From Candidatus Saganbacteria bacterium (lineage in GTDB: Bacteria; Margulisbacteria; WOR-1; JAPLLA01), in contig JAPLLA010000051.1 of the NCBI GenBank assembly GCA_026387795.1, positions 15,194 through 60,461 of the forward strand: a stretch of DNA of 45,268 nt, read 5' to 3'. Each line of letters begins with the position of its first letter. Position 1 is the first letter of the stretch. A program made the translations under genes and the position numbers. The notes beneath the pieces were generated by a model. That model ran no database searches. It was not told the origin of the DNA and saw only the letters and a program-made list of their open reading frames with translations. Below are positions 27,586 through 37,244 of this stretch, piece after piece.

Positions 27586-28842
27586 TTATTTTTTAACCTT
27601 AAACTCAGTTTGTACTTCGCCGATAGCCTCAAAACCCTCATCCTTAACCGATACCAGTACTTTCTTTGCTTTCAGCCACTCTTTATCTTTCTTTTTTAAG
27701 TAAACATTGCCTGTTAGCAGAATCTGGTCGTCTTTGTCTGTATATTTGCCTGAATCTGCTTTAGCTTCTTTGTTTTTAATTGTTACTGTTACACTCTCTT
27801 CTGCCAGCGCATCTTCGCTTTCAGTGTAGATTGTTAACAGGTCGGACTTTAGGATTGTTTTTTCTTTGATGCTCTCTTTTGTGTCCGGGTCGTCAATGTC
27901 TTTGATGGTTTCCGCTTTTAAAATGTCTGCGGTTTTGTTGATTATAGCTTCTACCTGGTTTTTAAGGGTCAGGGTCTTTTTATCCTGGTTGTACAGTGCT
28001 TCGCTTGCAAAGACCACTTTTTTGGGTTGGATAATCCGGACCGAACCTTGTGCGATGAGTTCTTTTGCCGGATCCGAGAAAATAGTTATTTTTTGGCACT
28101 CCAGAATAGTAGTTTTGTTTTTATCTTTATTTTTCACTTCCAGACTGATGTTTCCTTCGATCTCAATTTTTTCTTCTTTAAAGTAGTAATTAGCTTTATC
28201 TCCCTCTAGCGTTAGGTCTTTGCGAAAGATTGTTAAGCCTTTGGCAAAAAAGGCGTTTTTGGTTTGATGATCCACTTCCATAGCAATGGTTTTTACTGTA
28301 GTAGTCTTGCCCTTGATCATAATATCGCCCTCTAGGATGGATATTTTGGTTGGTTCAATGTACTTAAGATACGGGGTGTGGATTTTGGTGAACGAGTCTT
28401 TATTCTCTTTTTGCTCCGCAAATTTGCCCAGGTCTATTTCTATTTCCAAAAGAGGCCTTTTTTTGGGGAGGTCAGGGTCCCGGTCAAAGAATTCAATCTC
28501 TTTGCTGTACTTATGGAGCTGTACCAGGTTTGCTTTTAAGCTTTTGGCGATTAGCTGTTCATTCTGGTAGATACCGCCGGTTTTAATGTCTTTGAGTACA
28601 GTTACAACATTGTTTTTGCTTGCCCAGCCTTGTTCTGCATAAAGCCTATAGGAGAGCTTTCCTCCTTCTTTACCCACAACTTCCAGCTTGCCGAATTCGA
28701 GCACTTTTTCCGGAAGGGTAGTGGTAAAGTAATCCAGGTTTCCCGGGGCAAGAAAGAAAAATGCCAAGGCAAAGAGCATGATTGAGGCGCCGGTGCCCCA
28801 AAAAATAGCTTTCCAAGGAGGTTGTTCTTGATGGTGCTGCAT
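27586..28842 (-). CDS. LptC/LptA (OstA) beta-jellyroll repeat protein with N-terminal membrane anchor
   Basis: One N-terminal TM helix followed by repeated OstA-type motifs (GDKANY....I.IEGNI, A.GSVRIIQ...ASEALY, ADSGKY....ILLTGNV.L). Confidence 0.65.
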   Translation of the reverse strand: MQHHQEQPPWKAIFWGTGASIMLFALAFFFLAPGNLDYFTTTLPEKVLEFGKLEVVGKEGGKLSYRLYAEQGWASKNNVVTVLKDIKTGGIYQNEQLIAKSLKANLVQLHKYSKEIEFFDRDPDLPKKRPLLEIEIDLGKFAEQKENKDSFTKIHTPYLKYIEPTKISILEGDIMIKGKTTTVKTIAMEVDHQTKNAFFAKGLTIFRKDLTLEGDKANYYFKEEKIEIEGNISLEVKNKDKNKTTILECQKITIFSDPAKELIAQGSVRIIQPKKVVFASEALYNQDKKTLTLKNQVEAIINKTADILKAETIKDIDDPDTKESIKEKTILKSDLLTIYTESEDALAEESVTVTIKNKEAKADSGKYTDKDDQILLTGNVYLKKKDKEWLKAKKVLVSVKDEGFEAIGEVQTEFKVKK

Positions 28843-28848
28843 GTCTAA

Positions 28849-28877
28849 ATTATAGGGGAGTAATAGGCTTTAGTCTA
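28849..28877 (-). promoter_or_regulatory. Leaderless promoter TAGACT-N17-TATAAT for the lptA-like gene
   Basis: Minus-strand TATAAT (28854-28849) lies 6 nt before ATG 28842. No SD. Confidence 0.6.
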
Positions 28878-28898
28878 TTGAAGGTTAGGGGTGTTCTT

Positions 28899-30071
28899 TT
28901 ATTTGAAAAATAATAAAGGATTAATGTTTTTGTTTAGTATCTTTTCTAGAGCAGGTAGATCTGTGTATTTTGCTAAAATTGAGTTCCTTCTAATTATAGA
29001 TAAAAACATCTTTAAGTAAACCACTTCCGAACCATGGAAGCCATCTATGAATTCTTTGTCTGTTATTTTTAGATTAGATACATCTGAGAAGTCGTAGAAA
29101 GCAAACCCATGTTTTAGAAATAATTTATTTAAAGGCTTTGGCAATAATTTTATGTACATGTATTTATTTTGCATGTTTTTCATTTGATTGATAATTGATG
29201 GCGCATAAGGGGGCAGGAACCCAATTACATAAATACCCTCTTTTTTACATTTTCTTAAGAATATTTCCAGGTCTTTAATCGATTCTTCCGAAATATTTTG
29301 GCCATATTCAAAACGACGTTCCCCTTTTAGAATTCTTGTTTTTGTATCCTTAAATTGATAGTCAGGGTTTTCAGGGAGATTAGCATTGTTTACCGTCCAA
29401 CCATAAAGGAAACTCCCGTCTTTTCTGAATCCATTGTTGTTTACTAAAGCATTGAGGCCTATTTTGTTTATTTCTTTATTTTTGACAAGCAATTGACTAA
29501 TGGTGAATTTATGCTGTAGGTAATCTAGGTATATCTTTGTAATGTTTTGATTGTTTATGATTTCTGATAAACAGGTCTTTCTGAAGAGGGATTTTTCTGA
29601 AGAACTATTGATTTCAGTATTAGCATTAATCCAATTTTGATTAAAGAAGTATTGATCAAGACCAATGATTATTATTTTAGGATGAACCCTTTCTGTTAAA
29701 AGGCGATTCAAGAAAAGATTTGAATGTTTTATTGTTGAGATGCCTCCGCCCGCATTAAAAAAACGGATATTCGGCACAAAAAACCATTCACGAAATTGCA
29801 TTGTTCTAGAAGTTCCTAAAACAAGAACTTCGGGCGTAATGCTTATTGTTGATTTTAATTTATAGTATTTATCCGGATTGCTATACGCTAAGCTAACAAG
29901 TTGCTTTTCTGGTAAGGATGTTTGGGCTTCTATTATTTTATCTATAGGGAGTATTTCTTTTGAGTAAATTAATACAAACAATGGGAAACCCAGGATGATT
30001 AATATGGGGAGGCAAAATATCCCTATCTTTAGAATGAATTTTTTTAATTCTTTAGTGTTTTGTTTTTTCAT
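28899..30071 (-). CDS. Membrane-anchored SGNH/DltD-like protein, partner of the MBOAT
   Basis: N-terminal TM helix, LVLGTSR (GxS), FNAGGG, IIIGLD, FIDGFH (DxxH). Directly downstream of the MBOAT gene. Confidence 0.6.
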   Translation of the reverse strand: MKKQNTKELKKFILKIGIFCLPILIILGFPLFVLIYSKEILPIDKIIEAQTSLPEKQLVSLAYSNPDKYYKLKSTISITPEVLVLGTSRTMQFREWFFVPNIRFFNAGGGISTIKHSNLFLNRLLTERVHPKIIIIGLDQYFFNQNWINANTEINSSSEKSLFRKTCLSEIINNQNITKIYLDYLQHKFTISQLLVKNKEINKIGLNALVNNNGFRKDGSFLYGWTVNNANLPENPDYQFKDTKTRILKGERRFEYGQNISEESIKDLEIFLRKCKKEGIYVIGFLPPYAPSIINQMKNMQNKYMYIKLLPKPLNKLFLKHGFAFYDFSDVSNLKITDKEFIDGFHGSEVVYLKMFLSIIRRNSILAKYTDLPALEKILNKNINPLLFFK

Positions 30072-30073
30072 GA

Positions 30074-31573
30074 TTAAAACTGAAAATAGATAAACTGGGT
30101 ATTTTCTGTTCCATATTTTCCAAAAAATATAATACTAAAAATCAGGGCATAGTAAATAGACCATCTTAGCCATAGGGGTTGGTCTGTCAACATGTGCCTA
30201 ATTTTACCATGTCTTTGTATTAAGTGAACCGTTTCCATAAACCCGATAGAAATTACAGCAATGATGAATTCATTTAATGGTTGTCCTAGTAGTATTTGCT
30301 GTTTTAGAATTAGCATTATGGGGAAAAAGGAATGTGCTTGTGCCAAAATTGCCGGGACTTTTTCTATTCCAGAAAAAAGATGTGTCACAACATAAAAAGC
30401 GTCTTCTAGAGAGCTAGCCCTGAAAAATATCCAGGCGAAACAAGTTAAAGTAAAAGTTATAAATACTTTATTGATTTTATATAGTACGGGTAATTTGTCT
30501 AGATTTATGGCGCGTATTAATTTGTTCCTGGTTTTTTCGGTTACAACTCCAAAAATCAGATAAAACCCGTTTAAGGCTCCCCATATTATATAGGTCCAGT
30601 TAGCCCCGTGCCAGAGCCCACTGATTAAGAATGTAATAAATAGATTGAAATACCATCTGGGAGCAGAAACGCGATTGCCACCTAAAGAAATGTATAAATA
30701 GTCTTTAAACCATGTTGAGAGAGAAATGTGCCATCTTTTCCAGAATTCATTAATGGACTTAGAAAAATAAGGGCGATTAAAATTGTCCATAAGTTTGAAT
30801 CCCATAACCTGTGCTGCACCGATAGCTATGTCAGAATAGCCTGAAAAATCGCAGTAAATTTGAAAAGCGAAAAATATGGTTGCAATTATTAGGCTTATTC
30901 CTTGATAGTCATAGGGCTGGTTATAGACTTGATTAACAAATATCGCTAATCTATCAGCAATAACGACTTTTTTAAACATACCCCAAAGCATGAGTTTTAA
31001 TCCATCTACTATTCTTTGATATTCAAACTGATGTTCTTCATAGAATTGATGCAATAAGTTTTGTGGCCTTTCTATCGGCCCTGCGACTAATTGAGGGTAG
31101 AACATGACATATAAGGCATAAATTCCAAAATTGCATTCTGCTTTTTGATTCCCTCTATAAACCTCTATTACATAGCTTAAGCTTTGGAATGTGTGAAAAG
31201 AAAGCCCGATTGGTAATATTATTTTTAATAGTGGGATAGGGTAGTTCCAATGCAAAAAAGAGGCAATTGCTTCAAAGTTGGTATTAAAGAAGTTGAAATA
31301 TTTAAAAACGAATAGTACTAAGCAGGTAGCGATAATGCTGGTCATCAGGAAAAAGACCTTGGTGTCCCCTTTAGATTTTTCTATCCACATCCCTGCAAAA
31401 TAGTCTATGAGAATAGTTGTAAATAGGATAAAAATATAAGCGGGTATAAAGGCCATGTAAAAAATGCAGCTAGCGATTAAAAGTAGGAAGCACCGGTATT
31501 TATGTGGCAATAGAAAATAGAGAATTGTAACCGTTGGAAAAAACGTTAAAAATTGCCAGGAATTAAAAAGAAT
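30074..31573 (-). CDS. MBOAT O-acyltransferase (AlgI/PatA/DltB family), probable ATT start
   Basis: LPIGLSFHTFQSLSY, PQLVAGPIER, QIYCDFSGYSDIAIG, FWKRWHISLS, SGLWHGANW, C-terminal FIYFQF. The family N-terminus (x)LFNS..F..FF extends to ATT at 31573. Confidence 0.9.
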   Translation of the reverse strand: MLFNSWQFLTFFPTVTILYFLLPHKYRCFLLLIASCIFYMAFIPAYIFILFTTILIDYFAGMWIEKSKGDTKVFFLMTSIIATCLVLFVFKYFNFFNTNFEAIASFLHWNYPIPLLKIILPIGLSFHTFQSLSYVIEVYRGNQKAECNFGIYALYVMFYPQLVAGPIERPQNLLHQFYEEHQFEYQRIVDGLKLMLWGMFKKVVIADRLAIFVNQVYNQPYDYQGISLIIATIFFAFQIYCDFSGYSDIAIGAAQVMGFKLMDNFNRPYFSKSINEFWKRWHISLSTWFKDYLYISLGGNRVSAPRWYFNLFITFLISGLWHGANWTYIIWGALNGFYLIFGVVTEKTRNKLIRAINLDKLPVLYKINKVFITFTLTCFAWIFFRASSLEDAFYVVTHLFSGIEKVPAILAQAHSFFPIMLILKQQILLGQPLNEFIIAVISIGFMETVHLIQRHGKIRHMLTDQPLWLRWSIYYALIFSIIFFGKYGTENTQFIYFQF

Positions 31574-31688
31574 TTATTTCTCCTATCTTTTGCTTTTTAA
31601 GTAGAAGTAAAATAACATAAAAGGAGGTTAAAGGCAATATTGTTTGTTTAGGGAGCAATGATTTAATTGCGCCAAATGTTTTAGTCCA

Positions 31689-31717
31689 TTGAGGGGAATA
31701 AATCTTTGTGTTATAAT
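31689..31717 (+). promoter_or_regulatory. gap promoter TTGAGG-N17-TATAAT (extended -10)
   Basis: TTGAGG at 31689-31694, TG then TATAAT at 31712-31717. Strong SD AAGGAGG before ATG 31756. Confidence 0.65.
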
Positions 31718-31740
31718 CTTTTTTTCGTGTTTTAAAATAA

Positions 31741-32826
<1,086 letters not shown>

Positions 32827-32841
32827 AGGGCAACTAAAGTG

Positions 32842-32925
32842 TTGGAAACCTGAGGCTGAATGCCTCGGTTTCCAAATAGAGGCTTAAAATATTTAGGAAA
32901 CCGCGACATTTAGTCGCAGGTTTCC
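32842..32925. repeat. REP/BIME-like double-hairpin element, copy 1 (gap-pgk intergenic)
   Basis: TTGGAAACC-T-GAGGC-TGAAT-GCCTC-GGTTTCCAA, then a 22-nt spacer between the GGTTTCC and GGAAACC cores, then GGAAACC-GCGAC-ATTTA-GTCGC-A-GGTTTCC. Confidence 0.85.
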
Positions 32926-32955
32926 GGTTAATGAAGTTGAGATGGAGGCAGGAGT

Positions 32956-34155
32956 ATGAACAAGAAAACCATCGTGGATATTTCCGATAATGATCTTAAA
33001 GGTAAAAGGGTTTTGGTCCGCTGCGATTTTAACGTGCCGCTGGATGAAAAACTTGCTATTACCAACGACAAAAGGATCAAAGCTTCTCTCCCCACGATTA
33101 AATATTTATTGGATAGAGGAGCAAAGCTGGTTCTTTGTTCCCACCTTGGCCGTCCCAAGGGGGTACAAGACGAATTGCGTTTAACTGCGGTAGGAGTACG
33201 GTTATCAGAATTACTGGGAAAGCCAGTAAAGAAGCTCGATGATTGCGTGGGTCCCCAGGTAGAAGCAGCAGTAGCAGCCATGAAGGATGGGGATGTGATA
33301 CTGCTTGAAAACCTCCGTTTCCACAAGGAAGAAGAAGCCAATGACCCAGCTTTTGCAAAACAATTAGCTTCTTTGGCAGATATATATGTAAGTGATGCTT
33401 TTGGTACAGTGCACCGTGCTCATGCGTCCACTGCCGGGGTAGCGGCTTATCTTCCTGCATATGCAGGGTTTTTGATCCAAAAAGAATTGGATTTCTTGGG
33501 TAAAGCTCTCACAGATCCTGCTCGTCCTTTTGTGGCTATTCTTGGAGGGGCCAAGGTTTCTTCCAAACTGGGAGTGATCAAGAACCTGCTCAAAAAAGTA
33601 GACATTTTAATTATTGGTGGTGGGATGGCTTACACCTTTTTTAAGGCACGCGGGATTGATGTTGGGAATTCTTTGGTGGAACCGGATTTGCTAGGAGAGG
33701 CCAAAGAGATTTTAAAAGCAGCGATTGATGAAGAAGTTCCTCTTCTTTTGCCGATTGACCACGTAGTTGCTAAAGAGTTTAAAGCAGATTCAGAGTTTAA
33801 AGTTGTTCCTCGTACTACCATCCCTGACGAGTGGCAGGGAGTGGACATTGGTCCGGAAACTGTGATCAAGTTTAGCAATGCTATCAAAGATGCCAAAACT
33901 ATTATCTGGAACGGTCCAATGGGGGTTTTTGAGTTTGACGAATTTGCCAAAGGTACGATTGCTATTGCCCAAGCAGTAGCGGATGCTACATCAAAAGGAG
34001 CGATTTCAATTGTGGGCGGAGGGGACTCCATTTCTGCACTCAAGAAATCCGGGCTTTCCGACAAAATCAGCCACATTTCTACGGGTGGTGGAGCCTCGCT
34101 GGAATTTTTGGAGGGAATCGAGCTTCCTGGGATTGCTTGCCTCCAAAACAAATAA
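32956..34155 (+). CDS. pgk: Phosphoglycerate kinase
   Basis: [62 protein letters not shown]. Confidence 0.98.
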   Translation: MNKKTIVDISDNDLKGKRVLVRCDFNVPLDEKLAITNDKRIKASLPTIKYLLDRGAKLVLCSHLGRPKGVQDELRLTAVGVRLSELLGKPVKKLDDCVGPQVEAAVAAMKDGDVILLENLRFHKEEEANDPAFAKQLASLADIYVSDAFGTVHRAHASTAGVAAYLPAYAGFLIQKELDFLGKALTDPARPFVAILGGAKVSSKLGVIKNLLKKVDILIIGGGMAYTFFKARGIDVGNSLVEPDLLGEAKEILKAAIDEEVPLLLPIDHVVAKEFKADSEFKVVPRTTIPDEWQGVDIGPETVIKFSNAIKDAKTIIWNGPMGVFEFDEFAKGTIAIAQAVADATSKGAISIVGGGDSISALKKSGLSDKISHISTGGGASLEFLEGIELPGIACLQNK

Positions 34156-34161
34156 GATAAT

Positions 34162-34234
34162 GGGGGTGTAGCTCAGTTGGGAGAGCGCATCGTTCGCAAC
34201 GATGAGGCCATCGGTTCGATCCCGGTCACCTCCA
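34162..34234 (+). tRNA. tRNA-Ala (anticodon CGC), CCA not encoded
   Basis: Acceptor stem GGGGGTG/CACCTCC with G3:U70, D-arm GCTC/GAGC, anticodon arm CATCG-TTCGCAA-CGATG, T-loop TTCGATC, discriminator A. Confidence 0.95.
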
Positions 34235-34289
34235 TTTTCTAATTTTATAATTATCGAATTTTCTAATTTCTGTTCTTGTGAGGATGTAG

Positions 34290-34595
34290 ATGAAAAAAAC
34301 AAGTATCTTACTTCTTCTCTTTGTCTTATTGAGTGTTTTGCTTTGTTTCCCTTCTGTTGCAAAAACTGCGACTTCAGAGGAAAGTGATAGTGTTTGGGAC
34401 AAGACCCTTTGGCCAAAAGATTTTACTCCTTCTGATTTTTCACCTAACGCAATTACTACTGTCGAAGGAGAAGATGAGTATATAGACACTGAACCGATTA
34501 CAGAAGAGGGTATTACTACAAACGAAGTTTGGTATAAAAATTTTAACCCGGATGATTTTAAGCCCGAGTCAAACATAACAATAGAGAGTGAATAA
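34290..34595 (+). CDS. Small secreted acidic protein with an internal duplication, unknown function
   Basis: SD GAGG, signal peptide MKKTSILLLLFVLLSVLLCFPSVA, two VW.K..[DN]F.P.DF.P...IT.E.E units. Confidence 0.65.
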   Translation: MKKTSILLLLFVLLSVLLCFPSVAKTATSEESDSVWDKTLWPKDFTPSDFSPNAITTVEGEDEYIDTEPITEEGITTNEVWYKNFNPDDFKPESNITIESE

Positions 34596-34609
34596 AAGCA
34601 GTGTGTCTC

Positions 34610-34999
34610 CTACATTTTAGCTTCGAATTCTTTTCTTAAAGCCTTAAATTCTTTTAAATAACGGTTTTTTATCCTGCCATAGATTTTTTTGGAGGTCTCC
34701 TCATCGTACACATGGCTGCTTAAATTGCGGTCTTTGATCATGTCCAGCCAAATTTCCTCGCTATTTTCTTTTATATACCGTTGCTTAAATGCTGCTTTTA
34801 TACAGTCGCGGGGGTTTAGACATTCTATTCCTAGTTTGAACAAAAAAGTTTTCATTGTGGTCCAAGCCAGCTCATAAGTAAATTCAAACCGTTGAATGGT
34901 AGCATCCCTGTTTATTTCTGTGGGCGTAAGTTTTAGTGCTTCCCCAAGCTTTTTTAGCGCCTTGCAATAGTTTTCAAGCTTTTCTTTCATATAAAACAA
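34610..34999 (-). CDS. HEPN toxin / HI0074-family nucleotidyltransferase substrate-binding protein
   Basis: RDATIQRFEFTYELAW..MK, PRD, WLDMIKDRNLSSHVYDE (Rx4HxY). Confidence 0.9.
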   Translation of the reverse strand: MFYMKEKLENYCKALKKLGEALKLTPTEINRDATIQRFEFTYELAWTTMKTFLFKLGIECLNPRDCIKAAFKQRYIKENSEEIWLDMIKDRNLSSHVYDEETSKKIYGRIKNRYLKEFKALRKEFEAKM

Positions 35000-35270
35000 C
35001 CCCTTCTTCTAGTATTTTTTTCTTTAAGTTCTTATTTTTTAGTTCATCAAAAAGAACAATGTCTAATTTAAGCAGTGTCCTGGATTCTTCCAGACCGTCC
35101 ATAATTTTTCCCAGGGGGACTTTTCCAAAAAGAGCAATATCAAAATCACTAAGGCTGTGGTTTTCTTTTCTTGCTCTGGAACCATAAAGGACTATTTTAT
35201 CTGGTTGTCCAGCTGCCAATATCCTTTTTACTATGTCTTTTAACCTTTTATCTGTTTTGTTTTGACCCAC
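34974..35270 (-). CDS. Minimal nucleotidyltransferase (MNT) antitoxin
   Basis: LYGSRARKENHSLSDFDIA (GSx10DxD), LDIV, ILEEGVVLY. Overlaps the HEPN gene. Confidence 0.9.
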   Translation of the reverse strand: MGQNKTDKRLKDIVKRILAAGQPDKIVLYGSRARKENHSLSDFDIALFGKVPLGKIMDGLEESRTLLKLDIVLFDELKNKNLKKKILEEGVVLYERKA

Positions 35271-35276
35271 AACTGA

Positions 35277-35305
35277 ATTATACTTTAGTCATTCTATTTG
35301 GGCAA
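35277..35305 (-). promoter_or_regulatory. Leaderless promoter TTGCCC-N17-TATAAT for the MNT-HEPN operon
   Basis: Minus-strand TATAAT (35282-35277) lies 6 nt before GTG 35270. The -35 lies inside the gpmI 3' end. Confidence 0.6.
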
Positions 35306-36931
35306 TAGAAGGGTTTGAGCAGTCATATCCTTTGGCTTATCTAGCCTCATCAAATCCAGAATCGTAACTCCAACATCAGGAATGATGCCTTTTTCTTTTA
35401 GAGCAACTTCTTTTCCGAGTACCCAGAATGGGACAGGGTTAAGCGAATGCTGGGTGCTGGGAACCATTTTGTCTCCCTTTTTTATCAGCATTTCGTCTGA
35501 ATTTCCGTGATCTGCAGTCAAAAGAAATATTCCGCCTTTCTCCGTCCAAGCTGGAACAATCTTTTCCAGACAAGTTGAAAGGTTGCCGATCGCTTTTGTT
35601 GCAGCTTCTAAATTTCCGGTATGTCCAACCATGTCGCCGTTCTGGTAATTATGGACTACCAGAGAATATTGCCCGCTTGCTATGGCTTTTAAGGAATAAT
35701 CGGTTTCCAAATAAGCGGTCATCTCCGGTACCCAGTCGTAATGTTTCCCTTCTTCAGTGCGCGCTTTTAAGGTTAAATCTTGTGCCAGATAACGATCTTC
35801 GCCGGGGAAAGGGGATGTGTGGCGGCCCGAAAACCATCCAGTAACATGCGCAAATTTTTCCGGTCCGGCAAGCCTCAATTGTTTTAATCCTGCTCTTGAT
35901 ACAACTTCTCCAACTGTGTCTGGTATCTCCTTTTCCGGAAACGCGGTCAAAGCATTGAGTCCTGGGTAGTATTCTGTCATGGCCACAAAAACCATGTGGG
36001 GGAGGCTCCCGCGTAAACTTTGGATTTCATTGTAAACAGCATCATCAATCGGCTTGGTCCCTTTTTTATAGTTAAAAAACCTCTTATCTGTTTCACAGAA
36101 AGCAACTGTTAGCTGGATGGTGCGATCCTGCCTAAAATTAAAATAGATGACTGAATCAGAGGGTCCCATACCATTGTAATCATTGATAATTGTTGGACGG
36201 ATAAACTCGTCGGTTTGGCCGCGGCTGTAAGAAGTTTCAATTGCTTCTCGTGCAGAAGAGGCTTTGTATTCTCCAATGCCTTTGACTATTGCCCGCATTG
36301 CCAAAAGTGTTTTGTCCCAGGCAGTATCTCTGTCCATGGCAAGTTCTCTTCCCATCACAGTAGCAATCTTTACCTGTTCTTTTAAACCAAGCTCGGCAAT
36401 TTTTTCTTCCAGCATTCCAAGATAAACTTCTCCCGCTGCTTTGGGATTGGTGTCGCGTCCGTCTGTGAAAAGGTGGATATAAACAGAATTTAATTCCGCT
36501 TTCTTGACGAGTTCCAAGAGTGCAAATAGGTGTTTAATGCTGGCGTGTACGGTTCCACTGTGTCCTTGCAGCAGTCCCATCAAGTGTAGGGTAGATCCAT
36601 TTTGTTTTGCGTTGCGCACTGCTTCGGTTAATGCTTCATTTGTAAAAAAGGAACGGTCTTCTATAGCAACGTTGATCCTTTCGATTGATTGATAAACTAT
36701 GCGGCCAGCGCCCATGTTCAGGTGATTAACTTCTGAATTGCCCATGGTTCCCACGGGTAGTCCTACTGCGAGTCCTGAGCATTCAAGCTTAGCATAGGGG
36801 TGGTTATCAAAAAGATCTTTGATAAAAGGGGCCAAACCGAGCTCCATAGCATCGTAAATAGCATTTTTATGCGTATTTTCCCCGATTGCAAACCCGTCTA
36901 GGATACATAAATATACTGGAGTAGTCTTCAT
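35294..36931 (-). CDS. gpmI: 2,3-bisphosphoglycerate-independent phosphoglycerate mutase
   Basis: ILDG, VGLP.GTMGNSEVNH.NMGAGR, FTDGRDT, AMDRD, FNFRQDR, EKFAHVT, GDMVGHTG, TADHGN. Confidence 0.95.
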   Translation of the reverse strand: MKTTPVYLCILDGFAIGENTHKNAIYDAMELGLAPFIKDLFDNHPYAKLECSGLAVGLPVGTMGNSEVNHLNMGAGRIVYQSIERINVAIEDRSFFTNEALTEAVRNAKQNGSTLHLMGLLQGHSGTVHASIKHLFALLELVKKAELNSVYIHLFTDGRDTNPKAAGEVYLGMLEEKIAELGLKEQVKIATVMGRELAMDRDTAWDKTLLAMRAIVKGIGEYKASSAREAIETSYSRGQTDEFIRPTIINDYNGMGPSDSVIYFNFRQDRTIQLTVAFCETDKRFFNYKKGTKPIDDAVYNEIQSLRGSLPHMVFVAMTEYYPGLNALTAFPEKEIPDTVGEVVSRAGLKQLRLAGPEKFAHVTGWFSGRHTSPFPGEDRYLAQDLTLKARTEEGKHYDWVPEMTAYLETDYSLKAIASGQYSLVVHNYQNGDMVGHTGNLEAATKAIGNLSTCLEKIVPAWTEKGGIFLLTADHGNSDEMLIKKGDKMVPSTQHSLNPVPFWVLGKEVALKEKGIIPDVGVTILDLMRLDKPKDMTAQTLLLPK

Positions 36932-36941
36932 AATGTTTTAT

Positions 36942-36991
36942 ATTTTACTATAAGCCTATGCTATTGACAAATGTTCTCTCTATGTTAAACT
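36942..36991. promoter_or_regulatory. Divergent gpmI/secG promoters sharing an overlapping -35 (TTGACAA)
   Basis: Plus strand: TTGACA (36964-69)-N16-TAAACT (36986-91, preceded by TGn). Minus strand: TTGTCA (36970-65)-N17-TAAAAT (36947-42). Confidence 0.65.
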
Positions 36992-37001
36992 TTTTGACAG
37001 A

Positions 37002-37223
37002 GTGAGAGCATTATTGGTTTTAATTCAGATTGTTTCTGCGATAACCTTGGTTATAGCAGTTCTCCTTCATACAGCCAAAGGCGAGGGGTTGGGTGGAATT
37101 GGTGGTGCGGCAAAACTCTTTGGTTCCCCAAAAGGCTTAGAAGAAGGCTTAGATAAAATTACGGGTGGTTGTGCAGCTGTTTTTTTATTGGTTTCTTTGA
37201 TCCTGGGTGTAGTAAGGTTCTAA
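37002..37223 (+). CDS. secG: Preprotein translocase subunit SecG
   Basis: Two TM helices around VLLHTAKGEGLGGIGG..LF....G.E..LDKIT. Confidence 0.9.
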   Translation: MRALLVLIQIVSAITLVIAVLLHTAKGEGLGGIGGAAKLFGSPKGLEEGLDKITGGCAAVFLLVSLILGVVRF

Positions 37224-37244
37224 AAGTTTAGAAGGGAGAAATCT

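Noticed and set aside
32842-32925. Palindromic repeats with a spacer read as a mini CRISPR array
   Set aside because: There are only two units per site, they are inverted rather than direct and not identical, and no cas genes are present. REP-like is the better reading.
33630-34151. 173-aa antisense ORF in pgk, and similar antisense or alternative-frame ORFs in gap, trpE, GGR, murD, ftsW and murC
   Set aside because: Shadow ORFs of well-conserved genes, with no recognisable motifs.
34234-34269. 12-bp direct repeat ATTTTCTAATTT after the tRNA as an att or target-site duplication
   Set aside because: Low-complexity AT-rich sequence. I saw no duplicated tRNA 3' end and no integrase in the window.
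34006-34576. ORFs 34006-34416(-), 34202-34387(+) and 34226-34576(-)
   Set aside because: They overlap the tRNA-Ala gene or the better-supported secreted-protein ORF.
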